From contig CM022665.1 of NCBI GenBank assembly GCA_012295275.1, positions 18,042,001 to 18,106,000 of the forward strand: a stretch of 64,000 bases of DNA. The letters are read 5' to 3'. Both the position numbers and the translations under genes were made by a program. Below the pieces are notes generated by a model, which was not told the origin of the DNA, searched no databases, and worked only from the letters and a program-made list of their open reading frames with translations. This document shows, piece after piece, positions 1-40,647 of the stretch; position 1 is the stretch's first letter; each line of letters starts with the position of its first letter. Source of the stretch: Chrysomallon squamiferum. Taxonomy: Eukaryota > Animalia > Mollusca.

Positions 1-256
1 GATGAGATTATTACTCAGACATTTTTCTTAACCTTTACACTGAGGTCAAAACTTCCTCAATGTTTTTGTCTGAGGCATGAAGGGTCACAGGTTCAAACCT
101 TCACAGTCCAGACTCTACACTGTTTCCAGTTCTAACCATATCAGTTGAACTATGCATTAGTACATGCTTTTAAAAAACACCATTTTAAATATTTGAGATA
201 TTTCATTAATATTTTACTGTACACAGCAAGTAACAGCATCACCATACTAATCCTAA

Positions 257-313
<57 letters not shown>

Positions 314-606
314 GTGTATGTGTATGTGTGTGGGTGTGTATATGGGTAAAAGTAGAAATGTCTTCTGGAATACAATATTTCTGATGATGATGTAAATAAT
401 TTAACCTTGTCTGTCTGTTGGTTTAGTCAGCACAGTAATATAGATATCTGTGATATTCATGATGTTAGCTGGACAACATTGTTATCAGTGTTTTATAGTT
501 TAATTGTTAGTATCCTGTGCTGAAATGTAATGTGTGTTTTTATGTATGTGCACGTGTGATTGTACATATGTATGTATGTGTATATGTGTGTGTATGGATG
601 TATATG

Positions 607-658
<52 letters not shown>

Positions 659-2499
659 GTGAAATAAATGTTGGAATTAAACGAGAAATGGATATAGAGA
701 ATGAATGTAAGAACTGACTGAATACATAGTTGTATGAAAGCTTATATAGAAAGAAAAAAAAGATAGGAATAATATGACATATGGTTATAAGATTCAAACA
801 TGTGGACAGACAGATGGATGAATGGATGAAAAATGAAAATTACTCTTTAACGAAATACTGTTTCTTTCAAATACAACTGCAATTCTGCTTCAAAAATGTT
901 TAGCAAAATGGTTTTTTATAAAAAGCTTGTGTGTAAAATTCACTTTGGTTGCTTCATATCAGCTAATATTTGTATATAATTACAATATGTCTTCTGAAAG
1001 CTTCACTAAACCAAAACCTTTATTCTTCTTTTAAAAAAAAAGAGTAAAATAGAAGGATTTTGTTAGTAACACAAAGGAGCCAAATTAAGTCAAGATAGAA
1101 ACTGTTTTACATTATTTTTAACCGACTACACAAAACAGTCAATTCCACGTCTGCACTGACAAACATAAAGGAAAGCGGTTATAATATTACGACCACATTT
1201 AAGGGATGATGCTGCAGGAATGGGAAAAGCATTTAAATTAGTGAAGGCAATAATATGCAGGGAGTAAATGAAATTGAGTAATAAACTTGAGAAAAGGCAG
1301 ATGGCTGCAATTACTGGTGTCTTCATAAGAATGGAAATCTTTTTGATCTCCAACTTGTATGAAGTATTGTCAGGCAACATCAAAAGCTGTCTTTATGTAG
1401 AATAAATCTACAGATCATCAGATCTGGATGGCTTTGAATGACATAGATAGGAAAATGTGATGACCAGCATGCCTCATTGAATTTAGAGTTTTGTACAATG
1501 GGATTCTAAATATCAGTTATGATCCACAGGGATCTTATATATTGTGTTCATATATTTGTTTTTTATTTCCCTTGTTGGAGAAATATCAGTTTTATTTATC
1601 TCTTGTGTTGTTATCTGAATACAAATTAACTATATATTTCATTGTTGTGTGGGTTTTTTTATGGTTATTGTTATTTATTTATTTATTATTACTACTACAC
1701 TTACAACTACTACCACTGCCAATGCTTCTAGTGCCACTACATCTACTACCTTTACTACTACTACTATTACTGTTATTTCTACTAATACAACTGCTACAAG
1801 AACCACTACTACTATTCCACCTGCAACTACTACTACTTCTTATACTACTACTACTACAACAACTGCTACAGCTGCAACTACTACTACAACTACTGCTGCA
1901 ACTAATACTACTAGTTACTGCTACTGGGGTGATGTGAGATCAACACAGTTTTTCTTCTCTCTAACAATCGAATACATTGACATTAACTAGTTAGACAACC
2001 TAGATCATGCTTAATTTGTATCTAGATCAGATTGCCTTAATTCAAATGTCTGACTAATTTCTCTGACTTGAAAATAATGTTTCTTTCCTCTATCATTTTT
2101 GCTCTTAAAAAATATTTTTATTTTATTGCTTTATTTTTTAATTTTTAAAAATTTTATTTATTAAAGTACCGGTCCTTGCTGTAGGCATTAACCCCACAAC
2201 AACATAACAACCATTTCCATGTCACTCAACAAAATAACCCACAATTTCTGTGTCATTGTCAGTAAGATGAGGCCATTAAGACAGATAAAAATGTCACCTG
2301 TCAAAGACCTGCCGCTTGGCTTCTGACGTTTGGTTTCTGCCACTTGGTCATTACATGAAATAAAGTGGAGGGTAACGGTAGAGAAAGATGCCTTGTATTT
2401 CACAAGTAATGATGACAGCCAATATAATCAGCACAGCTGTTAACAGACCTGCAGAAAATGTCTTACATCATGAAGTCAGCTCAGCTGCTGTTGTAGTGA

Positions 2500-3210
2500 T
2501 GCTAAAACTGGTTAATTTGATGTATTTTTTAAAATAAATTCTGATCTACTCTTGTTTATTCCAAAACATTATTTCAGAAATGTTCATGTATTCTTGCTAA
2601 ATTTTGATGTGGTAATACAGAAACTTTAACCTGTTTTTGCTGAATCATTGTAGAATTTTGTTCAAACCATAGATTATTTATTTCTGAATTCTGATCTGTC
2701 TTGCTTAATTCTGATATGTTGTTTCAGAAATTATCATGTATACTTCCTAAATTTTAATGTATTACTATAAAAAAATTAATTTGCTATATAATATTGCTGA
2801 AACCTCTGATGTTTTTTTTAATGTGTTCTTGTTGAAACTATAATACATTCTTGCTGAATTCTGGTGTATTCTTGCAGTAATTACAATATTCTTGCTGAAT
2901 TATAATTTATTAAAAGAAACTTAATCTGTTCTTGCTGAAACCATTAATGTATTTGTTTCTGAATTCTGATATATTCTTCTAGAAACTGTAATATTCTTGC
3001 TGAATTCTAATGCATCAATACAGCCATTTTTAATCTGTTCTTGCTGAATCATAATGACATTTTGTTGAAATGATTGATGTGTTCTTGTTGAATTTTAATG
3101 TCTCAGTACAGAAACTTTAATCTATTCTTTCTGAAAACTTTTTTTTAACTTTTTTTTTGATTTTCTTTCTTATTCATGATAAAATAATCTTTCATTTCTT
3201 GTTGAAATTG
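2500..3210. repeat. Degenerate tandem repeat (TTCTTGCTGAATTCTGAT core)
   Basis: Many copies of ttcttg(c/t)tgaa. Confidence 0.7.
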
Positions 3211-3535
3211 TGCCAAATATTTTTGTTTCATAAATTCAGTTAGGCTGTTACTGAAATAGTACTGACATTTTACTGATATTGTCACATTCATGATGTATTT
3301 TGAAATTTAATTTACACTGCATGAATATTTTAGTACATCTCACTTTAGCACTTGAGTATCTGATAGAATTTAAAGTTAAATTTTAATTTTTAAGAAATTT
3401 TGCAAATTTATTGTTATCACACTTGTTGATTTATCATTATTAATAAATTAATCTTATGATTTTTGTCATCATTGCCATAATAATGTCAGATATCTTGTTG
3501 TCATTATTATTCAGAAGAATCCATTTATTTTTCAG

Positions 3536-30060
<26,525 letters not shown>

Positions 30061-30589
30061 TGAAAAAATGTTTAGGTTGTTGGATAAAAGTTTTAATAAA
30101 TTAAGGCAGCATTATGCAAGAAATGCGATGAGAAATAAGATTTTAATTGAGAAAAAAAAAAGTTAAAATGCTGAAAGATTTTGACTGTGATTTTGCATAG
30201 TAAACATCACTTTTGAATACAGGATTTAACAACAGCAGAGGAAGACAAAGAAATAACTTGAAAATCCAAAATATCTGGAAAAAGAATATGAAATGAAAAA
30301 AAAAATTTCTTTTATCAGAAGATCATTGGTTATGTATTGCTATGGTACCATTCAAAGTCTTGGCAACTAGATTTCTCTGCTTCAAGGATGGAATCGACTA
30401 GCTCAAGCTTCCCAGGTCTCTGTCCTAAAAGGTGAAAGTAAGAAATTAAGTAATATATTCAGGGATCAGGTAAGATGATAAGAAAAACATACAGGCCATC
30501 AACACAGCTCTGTCAGGTGAAAACATCTTCTCACTGTGAAAGATACAAGTTCCACAACTTCAGTATTCCTTGAAAATCAACATCCAGCT

Positions 30590-31140
30590 CAGATCACTCA
30601 GTCTGTTGAAAAATATTGATAGAAAGACTCAGTCTGTTGTTACCACTGAATCAGAGTCAGTCTGGGTTAAGATGAAGGATCATGGAGAGTTTGTTTTTAA
30701 TAAGGAAACAAAATAAGATCCAAATCTGCTTTGACTATGATGTGACAGTAAAACTCAGTCTGTAAGGGTTTTGGAGAGACAGTAAGATTCAGTCTGTTGT
30801 GACTAATGGTATGTTGTAAGACTCAGTCTGGTTTGGCTTATCAGAAACTGTAAGACTCAGTCTATTTTGGCTTGTGACAGACTGTAAGACTCCGTTTTTT
30901 TCTGGCTTATGACAAATGGTAAGGCACAGTCTGTTTGGGCCACTGATAGACTGTAAGACTCAGTTTGTTTGGATATTATAGACTGCAAGACTCAGTTTGT
31001 TTTGGCTTCTGACAGTGTGGGGGAAAGACTCAGTCTGTTTTGGCTTATGACAGACAGTACGGCACAGTCTGTTTGGGCCATGATAGACTGTAAAACTCAG
31101 TCTGTTTGGGCCATGATAGACTGTAAAACTCAGTCTGTTA
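30590..31140. repeat. About 36-bp minisatellite (GACTCAGTCTGTTT..GACTGTAA) downstream of the stop
   Basis: Repeated actcagtctg cores, best conserved 30810-31140. Confidence 0.85.
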
Positions 31141-31483
31141 GCAATATTTGAAACATACACGAGACATGAGTGTATCATTTCAATACTATACAGCACAAAG
31201 AATGAGTAGCCTTTACTAATAAAACCTCACAATTCCAAAAATGTGACTTTCAGAATCCCCATGATTTTCTATCCCAAGCAAAAATTTTCTGTGTCATGGA
31301 AGCAAATTTGTTATTTTATTGCATAGGTCTATAAAGCTGTTACTTGGATACTGACAGATTTGTGATAGATAATGTAACAGAAAATGTTTGATTATTTTAG
31401 TTTCACTGTAGGATATGGAAATGAGGAAATGGTTCATTAGATTTTAATACTTGTCACCCCTATATATTTAGCTTCATTGTTTT

Positions 31484-31730
31484 CTGGACTACCAGAAATC
31501 ACACCAAAGGCACACTAACCTGGATTAACAGAAATCACATCAGAAGCACACTAACCTGGAATAAAAAAATCACATCTAATTAGATGACACTGGATTACCA
31601 GAAATTACATCAAATGGATAAGTGCTGGATTACCAGAAATCACATCAGATTTCATGAACCTGAATTACCAAACATAACCAACAAGACCGGACTATCAGAT
31701 GGACTCTGGGTTTCTAGAAATCACAACAGA
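31484..31730. repeat. About 35-bp minisatellite (CTGGATTACCAGAAATCACATCAGA)
   Basis: About 7 degenerate copies. Confidence 0.75.
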
Positions 31731-32457
31731 TGTAAATTACTACTAACCATTACAGCTAATTACATCCATATACACAAACATGTCATCATATCCTAGAATG
31801 CATTTCTGAGAATATACATACACTTAAAAAAAAAAAAATTGTTTAAATGGTTGTGTGTGATGAGTCAACTTTTAACCACCATCTTGCAATCTCAGGGTGC
31901 CATGAATTTTAATTCCTTCTCTGCTTGAGGCTATAAAACAATGTGAAGAGCCAAAGACTTTGAAATGTCATCCTGGTCTCGTTCTAGAAACCAGATTTTT
32001 TACTATGGTGCTACGCTAAACATCATTCACATATTTATATACTGTATCTGCAATGTGTCAAAGGTTATGTCATATGTCAAAGACCATAGGTCATACTGTT
32101 TGGTCATATGTAAAAAAAAACGAAAATATTTCAGTATTTTATACTTTTATCATCTTGGTCAAAATGAAAGGTGATTTTTAGTTTTAATTATTATTATTAT
32201 TATTATTATTATTTTAAAAAGACCTTTTGCTATTGATAATTTCAAAGGTCAAACAGTTATTGTTAAATTGTATGAATGCTTAAAAATGGAATCTGATGTA
32301 AGACACAGGTATTACAGACTTTTATTTTTTTGTATTGTTTTCGCACATTTTCTGTCATTAGTGATTGTCATCACCATCGTTTTTCATTCATTCAAAGAAT
32401 AAAAATGAACTGATGGCTAATAACAAGATAAATTTAATATACACAAGGCCATCTTAT

Positions 32458-32518
<61 letters not shown>

Positions 32519-33090
32519 ACAATAAGTGAAGTCTGAAAAACAAAGTTAATAAACACTGATAAAATATTACATCCAAGATGGATTAATTATCAAATTGCTT
32601 TTTACTGTTAAGTTGTAGCAGGCTATACGCTTCATATGTAAATATATCATTGATATTTACCATGCTTATATTTGTGGTACTACCTATCTTTAAATTGACA
32701 TGCCTAGATTATTTTGGCTTCAAAAATAAATATGCTTACTCATCTTTTTTTGGAAGCATTGTTTATGTACTTGCGGAAAAAGTAAATGGGTGCAATTATA
32801 TGCAGTTCACATCAGTAACTTGGTTAATTTTAAAGTCCTGATAATTTTAACTGTAATCAGCTGGACTATAGCTCTGCCTTTTGCTCTAGTCCTTGTTTAT
32901 TAACTGGAAGTGAAATTAGTAAGTGCACAAAATGGATGTGTTTTACCCAGTCCTTTAAAGCCTTTCATTTCACTACAAATATTATGAAACCTTGTCAGTT
33001 TATAAGAGTATTAATATTAAATGTATTCTAATATGTATATATTTGTTTCATATTTATTTTGAAAAACAACACTGTGATCATATGTGTATG

Positions 33091-33157
<67 letters not shown>

Positions 33158-34709
33158 ATGTATGTATGGTGAAATCATTGTTTTTCAAAATGAATATTAA
33201 ACAAATTATAAGATTATTAACCAATTATAAGATATTAAACAATAATAACTGTTCATCTCATAAAGTATATTTTGTTAAAATAAATTGTCTATGCACTCAC
33301 AAACACTGCGGCAGCAGACAGTGTGTTACCCTGGTACAATATTTGTCAATCTTGAATTATCTTACCCTAATAAATCTGTGCCAGTCTGAAGTTGTCTTTT
33401 CTTGTTACATTTAATCTGGAGTTATCTTCTCCTGTTACAATCTATGTGAATAGGTATATGTTGTTTCTTATCACCGTGCATCTGCAGTTGTCTTTATCAA
33501 TCACAGTTTATTGTCAATCCTTCATCAGACTGGAGTTATCTTTTCTTAGCACATATTTATCATTCTGGAGTTATCTAATCTTAGATTAACTTCTCTGGAT
33601 GGAGTTGTTTTATAAGTCAGAATTTTTTTACAATTATCAGACTGGAGTTATCTTTTCTTAGTTCAAACTGTCTGGATGGAATTACTACAAAGTTTGTCAC
33701 ATTCTTAATTTTGTTTTTGCTATTATACACTCTCTCAGGGCTGTTTTATTTTTGTTTTGACTGTCAGACAAACAGGCATACTTATGTGTCATTTATTGAT
33801 GTATTTTAATACATTTACTGGATATAAATGCTATGTAGAATGAATTAATACAGTAAATAAATTATCAAGCTTTATGTAGCAATAGCAATAAAACATTGTG
33901 TTTAGTCAAAGTTTCGCAACATATAAATGTTTTATTTATTTTTCTATTTATCTCCTATCTATCTATTCATTTATGTGTTTATCTATTTAAATATTTAAGT
34001 GTTACATGTAGTTATTTATTTAAACAAACCAAAGCTTTCATAAATTAGTCATTGTTTACATTATCACCATGGTGAATACAATAGTTAGGTCACACTGACA
34101 TACTTAGTTTCAAAATTTTTGCTTCCTGTTTTGATGTTCAGTTTAGAGTGTCTACAACAAAAATAAAATTCTACAAGTTCATGATAAATACTTCTCATAA
34201 TATCTGTCTTAGTTTTCTCAAGACCTGATTAGTATTCATGTAAAGATGTATATCCATAAATATAAATATATTTATACATATATACATCCATACTTACATA
34301 CATATGTATATGTATATGTTTATATTAAACATACACATACATGTGCACATGCATATGCATATACATGCATTTATACGTAAATATATAAAAACATAAATAC
34401 AGATATACATGCATACATACAGGTACACATACATACATAATTACAATTTATATGCATTTATACAGAAACAGACACAGATATGCACACCCAGTAACATACA
34501 TAATTATGTAACATACATATGTACATACATAAATTCATATATCATACAAACACACATACATCTATCTATATATATACACATCCAGACACACATGCTCAGA
34601 AACACACAGATATATCACTGCTTACACATCTAATATTTTGATGTTAATATATTGGTGATATTGAATACATGTGTATGCTACATGAGTAGTATAAACAGTA
34701 CTGATATAC

Positions 34710-34793
<84 letters not shown>

Positions 34794-35745
34794 GACATGT
34801 TATGTTCATAGAATATTCACTTTGATGTTTGTGTATTAATATATCTGTTTTGTTAGGTTTATATTTGTAAATCTTTCTACAATGTATCTGTGCTTTAGAG
34901 AGAGATAATTTATGTCTGAAATTATTTATAAAATGAGTGAAAGTTTAATGAAAATGGGTGAATGATGAAAAATGTATAAACAAATATACATATAAAATTT
35001 ATAAATTATACACTATGTTCTGTTTTTTTCTTCACATTTTAGATTTTTTTATTTTTTTTTTTTTTTTTTTTTTTTTACATATTTGCAACGATCTCCTTAA
35101 AGAATTAAGTGCTGAGATAATAACGTTAAATAAAAAATATATATATATAAAAAATACAACTCAGAAGAAGAAGCTGTACAACACAAGAAGTGATCTACAG
35201 ACAACAGTATCATTCATAGTCACTGCTGGCCTTGATGTGTAGTCAATAAACAAATGAAAAGAAGCAGAAGATTTTAAAAAAAATCCTCTTGATCTAGCAA
35301 TATGCAAATGCTAAAACTATATGTATATAAAAATATACACGTAACTGGAGAGTTATCACGTTGGAAAGAGTATCTTTATAATTTAACATTTGTATAGTCT
35401 ATAAATATATTTCTGGAAAAAATAACTGTATATTTATTTATTTAATTGTTACAACTACTTCTACTACTATTTATTTATTTTATTTTATTTGTATATTTAT
35501 TTATTTATTTATTCTGAGCGTTCACGCCGCTTGAGAGTTATGCCCCTTGAACACGTTAACACTTTTGTCAGACACAACTGGATTAAGTATGCGCAGATTT
35601 TATAAAAGTAGTTTAGATGAGTGGACCACCAGAATGGCATTAAGAACTTATAAATATGAAGACGATGTTTACAGTCAAATAGTCTGATGCCTGAAATTTC
35701 AGGTTCACAATTCAAAACCCGTAATTGATTGTTTAAAATGAGTCG

Positions 35746-35789
<44 letters not shown>

Positions 35790-35970
35790 AGAATCGTTCG
35801 GTTTAACATTCGAATTAACTTTTGAAATACCGTCATGTATTAGATCCTTGTATTTACCGGATTTACAGTGTAATGTTTGAAACCTGTGGCAGAAACATCG
35901 TATTAAATTCCGGTTACTTAACTATAATCTATTTCATAAAAATGAAACCCGTGAACACAACCCTTTAGAC

Positions 35971-36571
35971 GAGGGGTGCGCAAACTTTCTGATCTTACAG
36001 GCCGCAGCACTTTAACTTCACTGGCAGTACTGCCACACAGATTTCTCTGTGATTACGTAAAATCTGAGAGCGTAACATAAATGAACCTCTGGGACTTAAA
36101 CTGCTGCATATAAATAATGGGTGCGTTTGCATGTTTCCACAGGAACTGACTTCATTCCTCTATGATTCCCATTAAAGTCAAAATAAAATAGTTATTAACA
36201 TTATTTATTAGTTTTACGAACTGACACTGCAGATTGGCCTGTATATCATGCAGACATCAGCGAATGCTTTGCTGGTGCTATGTCAACTTACACTGTCGTC
36301 AGCAAGAAGTATGACAGTTGCTGTCACGTGAACGACGTGACTCGATATTTCTTTTCACAATTAATAGAGAGCCAGGTAACAATGAAATGAACGAAACTGT
36401 CGGATCTGAAAATGAATACTGGACGCCTTTTGTGTACGGCATCTGACAATCATAGGAAATTCATAGTGTACGTGTGTTTATACTGACACACAGCCTCTCT
36501 GTTTATTTCAAATGAGACGTTCAATTTGATGAGGCGATATCCTTCCCACGGAAGCAGGTTGCGCACCCCTG
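35971..36571. mobile_element. Non-autonomous hAT-type DNA transposon, 601 bp
   Basis: TIRs GAGGGGTGCGCAAAC / GGTTGCGCACCCCTG; 8-bp TSD ctttagac / gtttagac (7 of 8 match). Confidence 0.8.
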
Positions 36572-37773
36572 GTTTAGACACTAAAACACTGATTTTGTGT
36601 TTCCTCTGGTTTCTTTCTCGGAAATATTACATTTATCAATAAGAGGTCGTTTTATTAATTCCAAATTTTAAGGATAACCAAAAGGACAATGCATTTCTCA
36701 TTCCTATATTTAAATTCATATACAATATACATAGATGTCTAATTAAGTTAGCATTTGGATTATTTGACATATAAATAAATGACTAAAATCCTCAAAATGT
36801 TTGTGTGTGTTCCGGAATATAATTTTATAAAACGATGACTGAATACTTTGCGGCGATTTTTCTTTGGCGATTATCAAAATAAATGGCATCTACTTAAAAT
36901 ACTTCAAACTAATATTAAGAGCCATTTCGTTTCATGTTTTTGTATGAATATACGATTATGGAGGTTTAACAACGAGATGGTAGTTTTTAATTTATTAGTG
37001 CGCTGTATTAATTTCACGCAGATTCAGCTGCTGTTTTCTTTTATCAAAACTCCAAATTTGTATTTAACTTAATATTAATGAACAAAATTATTTTGATATA
37101 GTTGCATGCGATAACTACAGCAGACTTACGTACATGTATTATTAATATACATTCCTGCTTCAACTACTTCAGTTATGTTTAGACCCTGTCTATGTGTCTG
37201 TAAGTTCACCACCTAGACAGGTGAATGTACATTCTTGCCGTGTAAATATAAGTATAAAGACCCCAGATATGGTACATGCGCCGCTGTAAATATTTCGCAT
37301 ATAATTTGTTATTTATTATGTAGCTGTCAATATTATTAAACATTTAAAACTGTAAAATCACATACTTGTGTAAAACTGTATAAATACTGGGTTTTCTTTT
37401 TTTCTTTCTTTCTTTTCTTGAATTATAACGCGACTGTAAACAGAAAACAAACAAACAAACAAAAAATAAATAAATAAATAAATAAATAGATACCGTCCAA
37501 GATTCATTTATTTGTTATTATGAAATATTTATATGGATGAATGTGTGCGCGGACATATGTTCCAGCTGTTATCACGACAACTGATAACATTAAACATGCA
37601 AGTAACATAAAGACAAGGTTCAAAATGTCGATTTGTGGCAGCATTCGAGTTAGCATTTTCAATATTTTAACATCACATTTATCCGCAAGATCTGTACAAA
37701 AACATATATTCTATGTTTTCTTTAGTCTGTAAACAAACAAAGAAAAAACAAACATTAAAACAAACGTCTAAAG

Positions 37774-38415
37774 TTATTCAAAATACACGCCATAAACAGT
37801 AACAACCACAAACAATGAATCGTTTTTGTACAAGACGGAGGCGCATCCGTCCGTCTTCGAATCCCAAACGCACCTGCTAACTGCTTCCAGACTCTGGTCA
37901 TTGCACTGTCCCAGCATGACGTTAGATACGAGTTTGTATCTTACGAATCCCATCTGCTTCACTTTGGTTTTCACCATTTCCGTGATCTTTCGCGTTAGGA
38001 ACGTGCATTTCTTTGAGTCGTATTGTACATCGTTCAGCTGCGAGTGCATTAGTGATGCAATGATCCGCTCTACGTATTTCGCGTTGAAATAACACCTCTC
38101 CTTGGGTGCGAGTCGAAACGTATTTTCCAACGTGCTTGTTGTTTTCATTAACGACCCGTGGTTCATCTTGACCTCTTTCTCAAAAGCCAGAACTTTCTGT
38201 ACAGACTTCGCGATCCCTCGAAAAGTTGACCTGCGTCGAAATATTCCCGATTTGTCCAGGTCTTTGATCCTGCTCATATCGTCACTGGAGTCGTCGGGTG
38301 GAACGAGAGAAACACTTCGAAAAGATTTTGTAGATTCGTCGCCATTGTCGATACGATTTCTTCTGTATTCTTTGATATCTGGCTGCAAATATGAACATAC
38401 GGCAAATCTTTGCAT
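37774..38415 (-). CDS. TCTEX1D1: Tctex-1 domain dynein light chain (TCTEX1D1/DYNLT5-like), 213 aa, single coding exon
   Basis: ENTFRLAP..F....VERII..L....YD..C...EMVKTKVK.MGF.RYKLV..V.LGQ...Q....SRC.WD..TD..AS..YKN.SLF.VVTVYGVYFE is the Tctex-1 family pattern with an N-terminal extension. Exact paralogue uncertain. Confidence 0.9.
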   Translation of the reverse strand: MQRFAVCSYLQPDIKEYRRNRIDNGDESTKSFRSVSLVPPDDSSDDMSRIKDLDKSGIFRRRSTFRGIAKSVQKVLAFEKEVKMNHGSLMKTTSTLENTFRLAPKERCYFNAKYVERIIASLMHSQLNDVQYDSKKCTFLTRKITEMVKTKVKQMGFVRYKLVSNVMLGQCNDQSLEAVSRCVWDSKTDGCASVLYKNDSLFVVVTVYGVYFE

Positions 38416-38635
38416 TGTTATATGGACATATCACGCGTCTGTATTATTTAAATTATCTTTGATATTATAACTGTTAAAACTGCGGTCAGGTTTATGAATT
38501 TATGTCTCCATGCTAAATGTAGATCGACCGACAAACTTACAGACAGACAAACAGATGAAGAGACAGATAAATGGAAGAATGCATGTGTGTTCGTGTGTGT
38601 GTGTGTGTGTGTGTGCATAAATACATACATACATA

Positions 38636-39112
38636 CACTGCTGACCCTCAGTTTCAAGGACTAATGGGGGAAAGCACCGGTCCGGAAAATGCTAAATTCT
38701 GGGAAATCGCGAATTAAACAATAACCGTATAATGTACATAAACATTAAATTTTAGAACACATAACAGCTGGGAAATACAGTAATATAGTAATGTAAGAGC
38801 AATATATATATATATATACAACAACAATGTAATCAAACATATACAGTATATTTAAAGAAACATGCATGCAAGGTTGGATGAAATGTGTTAGATTAGGATG
38901 ATTATGGATGTAACTGTAAAATTTACTTTAACCTTGATGGAAAATGGGTTGATTGAGGGATGCCATGATCATATGGTGGGGACTCAGAATAACCGTACCT
39001 AGAAGTAAGGTCTGAGGTGGGAAATGGCAGCAAGTTATAATTTTGTGTTTTTCCAAGATGTGATCCCGAAATCCGGTAAAACCGTTGTCCCTGAAATTGC
39101 GGGTCAGCAGTG
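38636..39112. mobile_element. MITE, Tc1/mariner-pogo-like, 477 bp
   Basis: 26-bp TIRs CACTGCTGACCCTCAGTTTCAAGGAC / GTCCCTGAAATTGCGGGTCAGCAGTG (23 of 26 match); TA on the left flank, GTA on the right. Confidence 0.72.
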
Positions 39113-39788
39113 GTAAATAGATAGGCAGATTAGATAGACAGATAGAAAGACACATATAGACAGAAAGACAGATAGACAGACAGACAGACTAATTAAACGT
39201 ATGTTAATATATATCTGCAGTTCATACGTGTTTGTACGTGCATGCATGAATGTCGGCTGATAGTTAGATATATGTGTATATGCCTGTGTGTATGTGTGTG
39301 TATGTGACATTTTTGTATGTCTGTATGTATGTGGCTTATGATATGTGTTTACGTATGTCTGTCTGTATGTACGTGTGTTTTATTAATAAACTACATGCCG
39401 TGGTCTGAAGACTAACTGACTCATCAGTCTGTGACGTTGACACTTTCAGCATGACGACTGTCTTTCAGTGATAGTCTTAAAAATAAATTAAAATATAGTC
39501 TTAATCCTTTGCATATTAAATTTTTGTCGGTGGTCTTTTCTGAAAATGCAGGATGCTTATTACAATTTAAATATTATGTTAGTTCATAAAAGCTATATAT
39601 ATATACGTACGTACACACACACACATATAGATAAATGCATACGTACGTACGCACATACATACTACATACACACATACAATACACATGTATGCATAAAAAC
39701 AGACGCGCACACATACATGCATAACTAAAGAGCAGTCATGTTTATTTCAAAGAATATTTATTTCATATATAGGTATACACACAGGCAC

Positions 39789-39881
<93 letters not shown>

Positions 39882-39941
39882 CACACACATACATACAAAC
39901 ACACACACACACACACAGGCAGGCACAGTTTTAAGACTTAC

Positions 39942-40040
39942 CCACGTCTTCTAACGGCAGGTTTGTTTGTGTGTAAGTCTTTCTGCTATTCTGGTGACAT
40001 ATACAGCGAACAGAGAATGACGGAATCACTAGCAAGGCAG
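39942..40040 (-). other. Candidate non-coding first exon of the Tctex gene
   Basis: Minus-strand donor gtgg|gtaagt at 39942/39941 and acceptor atacag| at 38439/38438, 23 nt before the ATG; upstream boundary approximate. Confidence 0.35.
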
Positions 40041-40615
40041 TTATGACGCATTATTATCACTATTAAAATGTCGTTACACTTATCCCCTGTTAATCCTATT
40101 CTAAACTCGTCAGATAATCGCCTATTTGGTGTTTATCGAAATACGCCAGAGGGAGTAGTCTTAAGTAATTGTTCTAAAAGCATTTTGTAAAGAAAGAATA
40201 ATTGCTTTTATCTCGTAACATTCGTGCAATAATATACAATGGCTGGTAGCCAATCGACAATAAAAACCCCAACAACTAAATGAGATAACGAAACGTAAAC
40301 CGTGCTGCTTCTCTCTGTTAGAATGTACCTTTAAAAAAAACAGGATCATGTAGTCTCTTCCATTATGCTGTAAGTTAGAAACAAGGAAAAGAAGCTTTTC
40401 TTGGCCAGTTACAGAAGTAATAGTGAAAAAAACGAAGAAGAAACCTGACAGGTGAACATCAGTCGCGATGCATAGCTGTCAGCTGAGACTTTTTTTTAGC
40501 GAATTGTGATCTTCATAAACCAGTAATGTTATATTAATATGTCTTAGAACAGCAAAAATATCTAAAGAACATTTTTTTTTTTTTTTTTTTTTTTTTCCTG
40601 GCTAAACGTGTACAG

Positions 40616-40647
<32 letters not shown>

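Noticed and set aside
1649-1990. Thr-rich mucin-like ORF as an N-terminal exon
   Set aside because: It is a degenerate (ACT)n microsatellite with no suitable acceptor in front; similar tracts occur in other introns
1-3535. Signal-peptide exon of the CUB gene
   Set aside because: No convincing ATG + hydrophobic stretch + phase-1 donor found; probably upstream of the window
30590-31730. CRISPR-like periodic arrays
   Set aside because: Eukaryotic context, whole units repeat with no unique spacers, no cas genes; the same holds for the arrays at 18290 and 47680
37826-38470. Two plus-strand ORFs
   Set aside because: Antisense shadows of the Tctex CDS
39940-40500. RFX X-box expected for a ciliary dynein gene
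   Set aside because: Only partial matches such as atcactagcaag; not supportable
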